From an uncultured Spirochaetota bacterium (GTDB lineage: Bacteria > Spirochaetota > Spirochaetia > SZUA-6 > Fen-1364): a stretch of 64,000 bases of DNA. The stretch lies in the NCBI GenBank assembly GCA_963820525.1, contig CAWGAA010000003.1, forward strand, positions 352,779 to 416,778. The letters run 5' to 3'. Each line of letters starts with the position of its first letter. The first letter of the stretch is position 1. Below are positions 51,672 through 60,908 of the stretch, piece by piece. Below the pieces are notes generated by a model. The model made no database searches and was not told the DNA's origin. It saw only the letters and a program-made list of their open reading frames with translations. The translations under genes and the position numbers were made by a program.

Positions 51672-52556
51672 ATGAAAGAAATAGTCGTCATCAGCGGCAA
51701 GGGCGGCACCGGCAAGACCAGCGTGCTCGCCTCGTTCGCCGCCCTGGCGAAGAACGCGGTCATTGCCGACTGCGACGTGGATGCGGCGGACCTTCATCTC
51801 GTCCTCGCCCCTACGATCGAGCGTAGCGAAGGGTTCAGAAGCGGCCGGCTGGCGGTCATCCGAAGGGAAGATTGCACCGGCTGCGGCGCGTGCCTCTCAC
51901 ATTGCCGTTTCGATGCCGTAAAAACGGACGGACGGGCGACAGGAAAGGCGACATTTTCAATCGATCCTATCGCCTGTGAGGGCTGCGGGGTATGCGTCCG
52001 GTTTTGTCCCGCAAAGGCGATCGAGTTTCCCGAGCGGTCATGCGGGGAGTGGTACGTTTCGCGGACGCGATTCGGGCCGATGGTCCACGCCCGTCTCGGT
52101 ATCGCGGCGGAGAACTCCGGCAAGCTCGTCTCCACTGTCCGCAGAGAGGCCAGGCGTATCGCCGAAGAGCGGGTGAGCGACTGGATTCTTGTGGACGGGC
52201 CGCCCGGCATTGGATGTCCCGTGATCGCGTCGGTCGCGGGCGCGACCCTTGTCCTGGCCGTCACCGAGCCGACCCTCTCGGGCGGGCACGACCTGGAGCG
52301 TGTCCTGGCCCTTGCGCGCCACTTCGAGATTCCGTCCGCCGTATGCGTGAACAAGTGGGATCTCAATCCGGGGATGGCGGAGCGGATCGAGCGCACGGCG
52401 GCCGCTGCGGGGGCGGCCGTGCTCGAAAGAATCCCTTACGACCGCTGCGTGACGGCGGCTCAGGTGAACGGAAAACCCGTCGTGGAGAACGGCGACTGCC
52501 CGGCGGCGGGCGGCATCAGACAACTTTGGGAGGATGTATGTCGGACAATCTCGTAG
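51672..52556 (+). CDS. MinD/ParA-superfamily P-loop ATPase with inserted 4Fe-4S ferredoxin domain, second copy
   Basis: ISGKGGTGKTS; CTGCGACLSHC and CEGCGVCVRFCP. Alternative start 51648 overlaps the ZIP stop. Confidence 0.8.
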   Translation: MKEIVVISGKGGTGKTSVLASFAALAKNAVIADCDVDAADLHLVLAPTIERSEGFRSGRLAVIRREDCTGCGACLSHCRFDAVKTDGRATGKATFSIDPIACEGCGVCVRFCPAKAIEFPERSCGEWYVSRTRFGPMVHARLGIAAENSGKLVSTVRREARRIAEERVSDWILVDGPPGIGCPVIASVAGATLVLAVTEPTLSGGHDLERVLALARHFEIPSAVCVNKWDLNPGMAERIERTAAAAGAAVLERIPYDRCVTAAQVNGKPVVENGDCPAAGGIRQLWEDVCRTIS

Positions 52557-53746
52557 CGGACGAACGTGAAGATCTTCGGCTTCTCAGGGACCGACTCTCC
52601 AGGATCGCGCACAAGATCATCGTCCTTTCGGGCAAGGGGGGAGTCGGAAAGAGCACCGTGGCGGTGAACCTTGCCGTATCGCTCACGCTCGCCGGAAAGC
52701 GGGTCGGGCTTCTCGACGTGGATATCCACGGACCGAGCGTGCCGAAGATGTTGGGGCTCGAAAGCGCCACTATCGGGGTGGATCTCGGCAGCATTCTCCC
52801 CGTGGAGCTGGGCGGCCTTCGGGTCATGTCCATCGGTTTTTTGCTCCACAACAGGGACGACGCGGTCATCTGGCGCGGACCGATGAAGATGGGCGTCATC
52901 AAGCAGTTCCTGAAGGACGTCGAATGGGGAGACCTGGACTTTCTGGTGGTGGATGCGCCCCCGGGCACGGGAGACGAGCCGCTTTCGGTCTGCCAGCTCA
53001 TCGGGGACGCCGACGGGGCGGTCGTCGTCACGACGCCGCAGGAGGTCGCGCTCGCGGCCGTGCGGAAATCCATCACCTTCTGCCGCAAGCTCAACCTTCC
53101 CGTCCTCGGGGTGGTGGAGAACATGAGCGGCTTCGCCTGCCCGCATTGCGGGACGCCATTGGAGGTCTTCGGATCCGGAGGCGGCGAGCGGATGGCGCGG
53201 CAGATGGGCGTGCCTTTCCTGGGACGGATTCCGATCGATCCGGCAATCGGAGAGGCGTGCGACGTCGGCAAGCCCTTCATCGGCGCCTACGCGCAGTCGG
53301 AAGCGGCAAAGTCCTTCAGCCGCGTTGTTCAACCAATACTGGATCTCGGCGGCCGCACGGAAGAAGCGGCCGATGTCGAACGGATATTCCCGAAAAAGGA
53401 GCACTCAATGCGTATCGCAATCCCCATTGCCGACGGCAGGCTCGCAATGCATTTCGGCCACTGCGAGCGGTTCGCGCTCATAGACGTGGATCCCGTCGGG
53501 AAAAAAATCGTCACACGGGAGGAAGTGGCCGCTCCCGAGCATGAGCCCGGTCTTCTGCCCCGTTGGCTCGCGGAACGGAACGTGAAAACCGTCATCGCGG
53601 GCGGAATGGGCTCCCGCGCCCAGGGCTTGTTTGCGGAGAATGGCATTGAGGTCGTCGTGGGCGCGTCCGCCGATCCCCCGGACAAGCTCGTCGCCGACTA
53701 CCTCGCCGGGACGCTCGAGGCAGGCGCAAACGTCTGCGACCATTGA
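52538..53746 (+). CDS. Mrp/NBP35(ApbC)-family Fe-S cluster carrier ATPase fused to a C-terminal Nitro_FeMo-Co (NifX-like) domain
   Basis: LSGKGGVGKSTVAVNLA, CPHCG (Mrp CxxC), then MRIAIPIADGRLAMHFGHCERFALIDVD... NifX-like domain. Confidence 0.8.
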   Translation: MSDNLVADEREDLRLLRDRLSRIAHKIIVLSGKGGVGKSTVAVNLAVSLTLAGKRVGLLDVDIHGPSVPKMLGLESATIGVDLGSILPVELGGLRVMSIGFLLHNRDDAVIWRGPMKMGVIKQFLKDVEWGDLDFLVVDAPPGTGDEPLSVCQLIGDADGAVVVTTPQEVALAAVRKSITFCRKLNLPVLGVVENMSGFACPHCGTPLEVFGSGGGERMARQMGVPFLGRIPIDPAIGEACDVGKPFIGAYAQSEAAKSFSRVVQPILDLGGRTEEAADVERIFPKKEHSMRIAIPIADGRLAMHFGHCERFALIDVDPVGKKIVTREEVAAPEHEPGLLPRWLAERNVKTVIAGGMGSRAQGLFAENGIEVVVGASADPPDKLVADYLAGTLEAGANVCDH

Positions 53747-53757
53747 AGGCGATCGGC

Positions 53758-54600
53758 ATGTTCACTCTCACCGTTCTTGTGGACGACGCGCCGGGTCCGG
53801 GGGCCGCGCGGGCCGAGCACGGCCTCTCCATTTGGATCGAGACAGGGGGCCTCCATGTCCTCTGGGATTCGGGACAAGGGCCCGCGGCGCGTGACAATGC
53901 CAGGCTTCTCGGCATCGATCTTACGGAGGCCGACGCGGTCGCGATCAGTCACGGACACTATGACCACACGGGAGGACTGTCATACATCCTTGCGGATTGC
54001 CGGAAGGCGCGGTTGTTCCTCCATCCCGATGCGGTGAACCCGCGGTATTCCCGATCGATCGACGGCGGCGTTCACGCGGTCGGATATCCGCATCGAGTCG
54101 AAGAGCTGTGGGCTGGCCGATCGGGCGGTATAGCCTGGACGCGAACGGTTACACACATCGGCCCCTCGATCTTCGTGACGGGTGAAATACCCCGCTCGAT
54201 GCCGCCCGAAGCGCCCGCGGGGCGTTTCTTTCTCGATTCCGGATGCCGTGTTCCCGATCCTCTGGCAGATGACCAGGCGCTGGTCGTCGAAACCGACGGA
54301 GGAGCCGTCGTGATTCTCGGCTGTTCCCATGCGGGGGTGGGGAATACGCTCTCTTATGCGCTGGGCAAGTCCCGGTCGGGGAGACTGCGCGCGGTGATCG
54401 GCGGGATGCACCTTTCAGAGGCCCCGCAGGAAGAGATCGTGCGGCTTGCCGATCGTCTCGAGGAGCTGTCCCCGAGTCTCGTGTGTCCCTGTCATTGCAC
54501 GGGACAACGTGCGAAAGAGGTTTTCAAGCGCAGATTCCCGGAAGCGTATCGGGAAGGGAGCACGGGCGCAACGCTCACATTCGATTCGGGCTCTCATTGA
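53758..54600 (+). CDS. MBL-fold metallo-hydrolase
   Basis: HxHxDH motif (ISHGHYDHTGG) plus downstream His/Asp ligands. Start at MFTLTVL. Confidence 0.7.
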   Translation: MFTLTVLVDDAPGPGAARAEHGLSIWIETGGLHVLWDSGQGPAARDNARLLGIDLTEADAVAISHGHYDHTGGLSYILADCRKARLFLHPDAVNPRYSRSIDGGVHAVGYPHRVEELWAGRSGGIAWTRTVTHIGPSIFVTGEIPRSMPPEAPAGRFFLDSGCRVPDPLADDQALVVETDGGAVVILGCSHAGVGNTLSYALGKSRSGRLRAVIGGMHLSEAPQEEIVRLADRLEELSPSLVCPCHCTGQRAKEVFKRRFPEAYREGSTGATLTFDSGSH

Positions 54601-54735
54601 GGAGGAGGATACATGAAATCCCCATTCGAGCGGCCGCCCCCGTTTCCGGCGGCGGCAGCGTTGTTCATGAGGGCACCTACGGGCCGCGCGCGCGTGCGCA
54701 CGGCTCATATAAAACTTCGTTGAGGAGGAATTATT

Positions 54736-55452
54736 ATGGAAAACACGAATCAAGCGTCCGTACTGCCGATGCCCCGCATCGGCGATAAAGCGCCTGCATT
54801 CAAGGTCGTCACCACGCAGGGAGAGATCACCTTCCCCGAGCAGTATGCCGGAAACTGGGTCATTCTCTTCAGCCATCCCGCCGATTTCACCCCGGTCTGC
54901 ACGTCCGAGTTCATGACGTTCGCCACGCTCGAAGATAAATTCGACAAAGCGAACTGCAAGCTGGTGGGTCTGTCGGTGGACGGGCTGTACAGTCACATCG
55001 CGTGGCTCCGGACCATCAAGGAGAAGATCGAATACAAGGGCATGAAGAACGTCGAGGTGAAGTTTCCCCTGATCGAGGACATCACGATGGAGATAGCGAA
55101 AAAATACGGGATGATCCAGCCCGGTGAGAGCTCGACGAAAGCGGTGCGTGCCGTCTTCGTCATCGATCCCAAGGGGATCATCCGCACGATCATCTACTAC
55201 CCGCTGAGCCTCGGGCGGAACTTCGATGAATTGTACAGGGTCGTGATCGCTCTGCAGACGGCCGACGCCTTCTCGGTCGCCACTCCGGCGGATTGGAGAC
55301 CCGGCGACGATGTTATCGTGCCGACCGCTGGTTCGTGCGGGGTCGCAAAAGAACGGATGGAAAACAAGAAGGACATGACATGCCATGATTGGTTCTTCTG
55401 TACAAAAAAGATCGACAAGGATAAGGTGCTGAGCACGATCCTGAAAAAATAG
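54736..55452 (+). CDS. peroxiredoxin (1-Cys Prx/Prx6-like)
   Basis: Peroxidatic Cys motif FTPVCTSE (in HPADFTPVCTSEF); thioredoxin fold. Confidence 0.85.
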   Translation: MENTNQASVLPMPRIGDKAPAFKVVTTQGEITFPEQYAGNWVILFSHPADFTPVCTSEFMTFATLEDKFDKANCKLVGLSVDGLYSHIAWLRTIKEKIEYKGMKNVEVKFPLIEDITMEIAKKYGMIQPGESSTKAVRAVFVIDPKGIIRTIIYYPLSLGRNFDELYRVVIALQTADAFSVATPADWRPGDDVIVPTAGSCGVAKERMENKKDMTCHDWFFCTKKIDKDKVLSTILKK

Positions 55453-55534
55453 GCTTCTGGGGCCGCGCCGCATCTGTCTTAAGTCCAGTCGCTCTTCGGC
55501 GCGGCGCCTGCCATGACACCTTCTGGAGGATGCA

Positions 55535-56434
55535 ATGATCCGATCCCTCGTGTACGCCCTTGTGCTCGCATGTGCGGCTTGCTATTCATCACCACGGGCT
55601 TGTGCGCAGTCCGCAGCCGGGATTTCATTCGTCGAGATATGCGCGGCAGGAGACTCCTTCACGATGGGAGACGGCTCGCTTGGCCCCAATGTGTCCCAAA
55701 CCATCTCCTACAACTTCTCCATTTCCAAGTTTCCGATCACCAATGGCCAGTTCGGCAGGTTCGTCGCTGACGGAGGCTACGCCGAGCGCAGCTATTGGAC
55801 GGCGAACGGCTGGAAATGGAAGGGGAGAATCGCAGAGCCCGCTTGCTGGAAGGACGGCAAATTCAACGGACCGGACCAACCCGTCGTGGGCGTGAGCTGG
55901 TATGAAGCTGTGGCGTATTGCAACTGGCTGTCCCTGAAAGAAGGCCTGACCCCGGCGTACGACGCCCGGGGCCGCGCGAGCCTCGGCGCTTCCGGCTACC
56001 GCCTGCCTACCGAGACGGAGTGGGAGTACGTGACGGCGAAGGGCGCGCCCGATCAGGCTGAGCGGATCTACCCCTGGGGCGATGCGTGGGACTCGAAGAA
56101 CGCGGTCTGCAGGGTGGCGCCTGCCAGGGCCTCGAAAACGGCCGCCGTGGGCAGCAGGAGCCCGCAAGGCGATACGCCCCAGGGGCTGGCCGACATGAGC
56201 GGCAACGTGTGGCAGTGGTGCAGCGACAATGCACAAAGCGATGACGAAATCGCCGATTCGCCGCACGCTGATCGATACTGTTTCCGAAGCGATTCCGCGA
56301 CCGAGCACATGGCGCTCCGCGGCGGGTCGTGGTGGAACGATTTCCAGAATGGATTTCGCTCGGCATTCCGCAGCTTCACCGCCCAGCCGGGCAACAGCCC
56401 CAATGTGAGCGGATTCCGCATCGTGCGCCGCTGA
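55535..56434 (+). CDS. formylglycine-generating-enzyme (FGE/SUMF1) domain protein, secreted
   Basis: Signal peptide. Family motifs (RLPTETEWEYV, RGGSWWN...RSAFR). Confidence 0.75.
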   Translation: MIRSLVYALVLACAACYSSPRACAQSAAGISFVEICAAGDSFTMGDGSLGPNVSQTISYNFSISKFPITNGQFGRFVADGGYAERSYWTANGWKWKGRIAEPACWKDGKFNGPDQPVVGVSWYEAVAYCNWLSLKEGLTPAYDARGRASLGASGYRLPTETEWEYVTAKGAPDQAERIYPWGDAWDSKNAVCRVAPARASKTAAVGSRSPQGDTPQGLADMSGNVWQWCSDNAQSDDEIADSPHADRYCFRSDSATEHMALRGGSWWNDFQNGFRSAFRSFTAQPGNSPNVSGFRIVRR

Positions 56435-56522
56435 CGGCGCCACCGGCTGCCCCCATTGCAGATCCGGTTTTTCCCTTTGGAATCGGTAGGATCTGTCGAA
56501 TAGAGAAACAACAAAGGCTTGC

Positions 56523-57332
56523 ATGCGGACGCGAAGACTACCTGTGCCCGTCGCTTTGACCGCCCTTCTCTTTTTTCTGGTCCTGTCCTCGTGCGCCGAC
56601 AAGAGGATAGTTCCCGAGTTCGCCCTCACTGTGGAGGATCTGCGCGCCATGACCGGGACCTTGCCGGAGTCCGTCCGGGACGACATCCTGGCCCGCCCGG
56701 CCGAGTTCCTCCGGCTCGCGTCCAGGGTGCTTGACGAGCCCGAAGAGCTCCTCGTTCTTGTCGACAAGCGCAACTCGCTGGCGGCAGATTACGTTCCGCC
56801 GGACCTCGTTCGGCTAGAAACCTATGGCCTGTGCGTCACCAGGGACGGTCTCCTTCTGCGAAAGACCGTGATGCCCGCGGTGTTGGACATGGTCCGGGCG
56901 GCCCTGGCGGACGGCGTGACGGTCACCTTCTCATCGACCTACCGCTCCTATGGGTATCAGGGCGCCATTTACGAGCGCGAGGTGAAGGCGTATGGGTAAG
57001 AAACCGCGGACAGGGAATCCGCGAGGCCGGGTTTTTCCCAGCACCAGCTCGGAACGGCGATCGATTTTGGATCTATCAGCGACGGGTATGAAGACACGCC
57101 GGAAGGCAAATGGGTGGCCGCCCACGCGTGGGAGTACGGATTCACGCTGTCGTACCCCGCGGGCTTCGAGGAGGTGACGGGGTACCGCTATGAAAGCTGG
57201 CACTATCGCTACGTGACGCGAGCGGGCGCCCTCATGCAGCGGGAGTTTTTCGGCGACGTTCAGCAGTATTTTCTGGAATTCCTTCACGACAGTCGCGCCT
57301 TTTTGGAGTCAAAACGGATCGTTCGCGATTGA
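56523..57332 (+). pseudogene. D-alanyl-D-alanine carboxypeptidase (VanY/M15B) interrupted by in-frame TAA at 56997-56999
   Basis: ORF 56523..56999 (..SSTYRSYGYQGAIYEREVKAYG*) continues in the same frame as ..ETADRESARPGFSQHQLGTAIDFGS...WEYGF.. (SxHQxGxAxD Zn-binding motif). Confidence 0.65.
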
Positions 57333-57401
57333 CAGGGACGGATGGGGAGGGTTCGGAAGTGGAGACCACCGCCGCCGGCCAAAAGCTCGCGCGCCCCGGA
57401 T

Positions 57402-58109
57402 TTAAGCGGTGCCCGTTACCTTTGGGCGGGCGCCACGTCTCGCCCCGCCGATCGCCTTCCATTTCACGATCAGGAAGATCAGCCCATACATACCGGCCAG
57501 GAAGAGGAAGGCGTCCTCGTAACAATCATAAGCACCAAGGGCTTTCGGCAAACCCATGAGGCCCCAGGGCAGCAGGGCCAGCAATACCTTGCGGTCCAGG
57601 CTCGGATAGGCCCCTGAGACCATGAAGATGGCGAAGACCGTGGACGGGCAGGGATCCATCGGCATGCACAGGTTGGGGAAACCCCGGCCCAGGAGCATGC
57701 CGAAGAGGGGATAGGTATAGACCGATAGCAGCCCGAGAATTGTGGCGACCCTGAGCCCTGGCTGTTCGGGCAGGCGAAACGCGATTTTATTCCTGAAGAC
57801 ATCCAAGAGGAACAACAGGGAAACGAGGATGAACAGCGCGCTGAACACATAGTTTCGGGCGGAATTGGCCCCGCCGTAAACAATGAAGAACAGCGGTCCG
57901 TTGATCAGGAAGGTGAGAGAGAGAAAGATCTTCATCGAGGTGCCGGCAGGTTTGCAGCCACGGCGGAAGACCCAAAAAACCAGGCCTAACGAGATGATGA
58001 TCCAGGTAAGATGCAACCAGGCAAAGTCCTGGTTGAAACTGCCGATCTGCTTCCAGAATTCGGCTATGCTCATGAGTTGATTGACCATAATGCCTGTTCC
58101 CTTCTCCAT
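57402..58109 (-). CDS. polytopic membrane protein, unknown function
   Basis: Hydrophobic ORF. Start set at MEKGTG to avoid overlap with the TetR gene. Confidence 0.45.
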   Translation of the reverse strand: MEKGTGIMVNQLMSIAEFWKQIGSFNQDFAWLHLTWIIISLGLVFWVFRRGCKPAGTSMKIFLSLTFLINGPLFFIVYGGANSARNYVFSALFILVSLLFLLDVFRNKIAFRLPEQPGLRVATILGLLSVYTYPLFGMLLGRGFPNLCMPMDPCPSTVFAIFMVSGAYPSLDRKVLLALLPWGLMGLPKALGAYDCYEDAFLFLAGMYGLIFLIVKWKAIGGARRGARPKVTGTA

Positions 58110-58155
58110 GCGAAACGTAGACAAGCTCACGAAGAGAATAGTCCCCAACGGTGTG

Positions 58156-58806
58156 TCACCCCGAAGGCGCAAACCCCGCGTAAGCCGGAAGATCCGCCAG
58201 ATAGGCGAAGCTGCCTTCCCGTGCGCCCAGGACCCGCTCCATGATCCCCACGACCTCGGTTGAGCGGCGCGCGAACTCCCCAGCACCCGACGGGAAGATC
58301 CGCGGATCCAAGAGGGTTCTGTATCCCACCAGCAGGAATTCCGCGGCCGTGCGCGGAACGCTGGTGAAGAAGCTGCCTTCCCCCACGCCTTGCTCCACTA
58401 CGGCCGCCAGGATCGGCGCGTAGCGCCGCACCCCCTCCCCGAGAACCCTCAGGTGCAACTCTGCGTTTCCGGGGCTGTAGAGGCCGGCGAAGAGATGGCG
58501 CCGCTCCTTGTCCCTGCGGGCTTCCTCGCCCAGAATGCACCGGAGTTTTTGCTCCGCGTCCAGCGTCGTGTCGGCGGCGATAGCCGCCGCCGCCAGCACT
58601 AAGCCCTCGACGTGCCGGTTGACCGCGGCGGCTAGGATTTCTTCCTTGGACCGGAAATGATAATAGAGCGTGCCCCTTGTGATGCCGACTCGGCCCAGGA
58701 TCTCGTCAACCGAGGTATGCTCGTACCCCTTGGCCGCGAAGAGCGCGTCTGCCGCGTCCAGGATCTCCTCCTTGCGAACCAGTGTACTTTTAGACCCTTT
58801 GCGCAT
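58156..58806 (-). CDS. TetR/AcrR family transcriptional regulator
   Basis: N-terminal HTH (ILDAADALFAAKGYEHTSVDEILGRVGITRGTLYYHFRSKEEIL). Confidence 0.8.
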   Translation of the reverse strand: MRKGSKSTLVRKEEILDAADALFAAKGYEHTSVDEILGRVGITRGTLYYHFRSKEEILAAAVNRHVEGLVLAAAAIAADTTLDAEQKLRCILGEEARRDKERRHLFAGLYSPGNAELHLRVLGEGVRRYAPILAAVVEQGVGEGSFFTSVPRTAAEFLLVGYRTLLDPRIFPSGAGEFARRSTEVVGIMERVLGAREGSFAYLADLPAYAGFAPSG

Positions 58807-58818
58807 CTGGTAATCTCG

Positions 58819-58841
58819 TATATACCGACTGTCGGTATATA
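58819..58841. promoter_or_regulatory. perfect 23-bp palindrome TATATACCGAC-T-GTCGGTATATA; candidate TetR operator
   Basis: Lies 13 bp upstream of the tetR start codon in the tetR/padR divergent intergenic region. Confidence 0.5.
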
Positions 58842-58964
58842 GAATTTCACTTTTTCTTCTATATGTCAACGTTATCGTGACTTGGGTGGTGGATCAGTCT
58901 GATCGAAACCGCGGAATGCAAGCGCATTTTGGACCACTTGACGACCTTTTCTATTCGTGATAAA

Positions 58965-58976
58965 ATATACAAGCTT
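58965..58976. promoter_or_regulatory. ATATACAAGCTT half-site upstream of padR (matches half of the palindrome at 59614)
   Basis: Same 12-mer as the left half of ATATACAAGCTTGTATAT. Confidence 0.35.
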
Positions 58977-58999
58977 TAATATAAATGGGAAGGACTGAG

Positions 59000-59599
59000 A
59001 TGTCAACTCGATTGGCTATCCTTGGTTTCCTGCGCGGGCGGCCTTTATATGGCTACGAGATAAAGCAAATGATCGAGCGCATCATGGGCGATTGGGCCAA
59101 CATCGCCTTCGGCTCCATCTACTTTGCGTTGAAGAAGCTGTCTGATGAGGGATTCGTCGAGAAAGTCGGTACCGAGCAGGAAGGCAGGCGTCCTTCACGG
59201 ATGGTCTACCGGATCACCGATACCGGGCGGGATGAATTCATGCGCCTTCTTCGGGAAGTATGGGATAACGTGGAGCGGCAGACATTTTCTTTCGACATCG
59301 GCCTCAGTCTCATGAGCGCATTGCCCATCGAGGAGGTGAAGGGCTTCCTGAAAAAGCGGGTGACCCAACTGGAGCACATCCTGAACTTTCTCGATTCGCA
59401 TCAGGCGGAAGAACTCGAGGATGAGCACGTGCCGCGCCATCTGGCATCTGCGGTATTCAGCCATCATCGGCTTCACCTCCGGGCAGAGCTTGATTGGACG
59501 AGAGAGCTCCTGCAGAACGTGGAGAAGGGAGAGTATGACGCCGAGCTCGATTGGATGCGCGGGGTATTTGATTGGAAGGAGCAAGAGGACGCTCCGTAA
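59000..59599 (+). CDS. PadR family transcriptional regulator
   Basis: LAILGFLRGRPLYGYEIKQMIE...WANIAFGSIYFALKKLSDEGFV (PadR wHTH). RBS GGAAGGA. Confidence 0.8.
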   Translation: MSTRLAILGFLRGRPLYGYEIKQMIERIMGDWANIAFGSIYFALKKLSDEGFVEKVGTEQEGRRPSRMVYRITDTGRDEFMRLLREVWDNVERQTFSFDIGLSLMSALPIEEVKGFLKKRVTQLEHILNFLDSHQAEELEDEHVPRHLASAVFSHHRLHLRAELDWTRELLQNVEKGEYDAELDWMRGVFDWKEQEDAP

Positions 59600-59613
59600 A
59601 TTTTTTTTGAATG

Positions 59614-59631
59614 ATATACAAGCTTGTATAT
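59614..59631. promoter_or_regulatory. perfect 18-bp palindrome ATATACAAGCTTGTATAT; candidate PadR operator ahead of the methyltransferase array
   Basis: Lies between padR stop and the first methyltransferase paralog. Confidence 0.45.
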
Positions 59632-59686
59632 TCGGTGTTTTATATAGGGATGGAGCTTATGGATAGAGAACAGAAGGACAAGTACG

Positions 59687-60211
59687 TTGCCGCCGAGTTC
59701 GACATACAGGCCGGGCGGCACCGGTACGGCGACCCTGGATATCGCTTCACGACTGGAGGGAACCGGCATGGTCGTGGGGCTCGATCTCTCGGAGAAAATG
59801 CTCGGCGAGGCCGGGCGGAAGCTGGCGAAGTCGGGGTACGCCAACGTGAAGCTTGTCCTGGGGAGCGCAGGCGACATGAGATACCAGGCCTGCTTCGACT
59901 ATGTGATCGGCACAAACGCCTTCCACCATTTCGTCGACAATGCTGGGGTGTTTTCCCGGGTGTGGCGGTCGCTTAAGCCCGGCGGGCGCTTCCTGGTACA
60001 GGATATCTGCGACGATTTTATCCTGATGAAGGTCGTAGACTTGGCCGGCAAGCTCGGCGAAAGGGCGCACGTGGGGAGCACGACCTCACAGGGACTGAGA
60101 CAATTCTTGGCCTCGGCGGGTTTCTCCGGGATTGAGGTGGAGGTCGCCAGGCTGAATTGGTTCTGGGGAATCATGATCGGTAAAGGCGTGAAGCGAACCG
60201 ATCCCGCGTAA
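59687..60211 (+). pseudogene. class I SAM-dependent methyltransferase paralog, N-terminally disrupted (frame change/deletion before motif I)
   Basis: Frame of 59611 gives MELMDREQKDKYVAAEFDIQAG... Frame of 59687 gives ..GGTGTATLDIASRLEGTGMVVGLDLSEKML.. (motif I onward). The GKVLD part of motif I is missing. Confidence 0.5.
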
Positions 60212-60226
60212 GGAAGGAGGTCGAAA

Positions 60227-60907
60227 ATGGCGAGTTTCTTGCAGACGTTAAAGCAATTTGTGTCCCCTGGTGGGATTGAGGGCTACTTTGCGGTCAAGTA
60301 CGCCGAGTGGGCCAAGAACTCGGAGGTGGTGAGAGACGATTACAGGGAGTTGGCCGCCAAGGGCGCTTCCGCGGTGCAGCGTGGAAAGGTTCTCGAGGTC
60401 AGCTCGGGGCCCGGGTACATCTCCATCGAGATGGCCAGGCTTCTGCCGGAGATCGAGCTTGTGGGACTGGACATATCCGATACGATGGTCGAAATCGCGA
60501 CGCGGAACGCGAGTGAGTACGGAGTATCGCAGCGGGTCACGTTCAGACAGGGAGATGCCGCGGACATGCCGTTCGAGGACTCCTCGTTCGACTTTGTCAT
60601 ATCCAGCGGTGCGCTTCATCACTGGAAGAAGCCGCCGGAGATATTCAAAGAGATCCATCGCGTGCTGAAGCCGGGTTGCCGTGCCCTGGTCAATGACTTG
60701 CGGCGAGACGTCCCGGCAGAAAGCGTGAGGAAATGGACAAGCGGCATTGAATCGCGCTTCATGCGATGGGGAGCCAGACACTCATTCTCGGAAGCCTACA
60801 CGGCTCGAGAGATCGAGAGCATGCTGGAGGGTTCCACATTCGAGGACTTCAGAGTCAAGGTCAACGAGATTAATATGGAGATTTGGTTGAGAAAGCAGGG
60901 GGTGTGA
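60227..60907 (+). CDS. class I SAM-dependent methyltransferase (Methyltransf_11/25-like)
   Basis: Motif I VLEVSSGPGYISIE, motif post-I LVGLDISDTM, ...FDFVISSGALHHW. Confidence 0.8.
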   Translation: MASFLQTLKQFVSPGGIEGYFAVKYAEWAKNSEVVRDDYRELAAKGASAVQRGKVLEVSSGPGYISIEMARLLPEIELVGLDISDTMVEIATRNASEYGVSQRVTFRQGDAADMPFEDSSFDFVISSGALHHWKKPPEIFKEIHRVLKPGCRALVNDLRRDVPAESVRKWTSGIESRFMRWGARHSFSEAYTAREIESMLEGSTFEDFRVKVNEINMEIWLRKQGV

Positions 60908-60908
60908 G

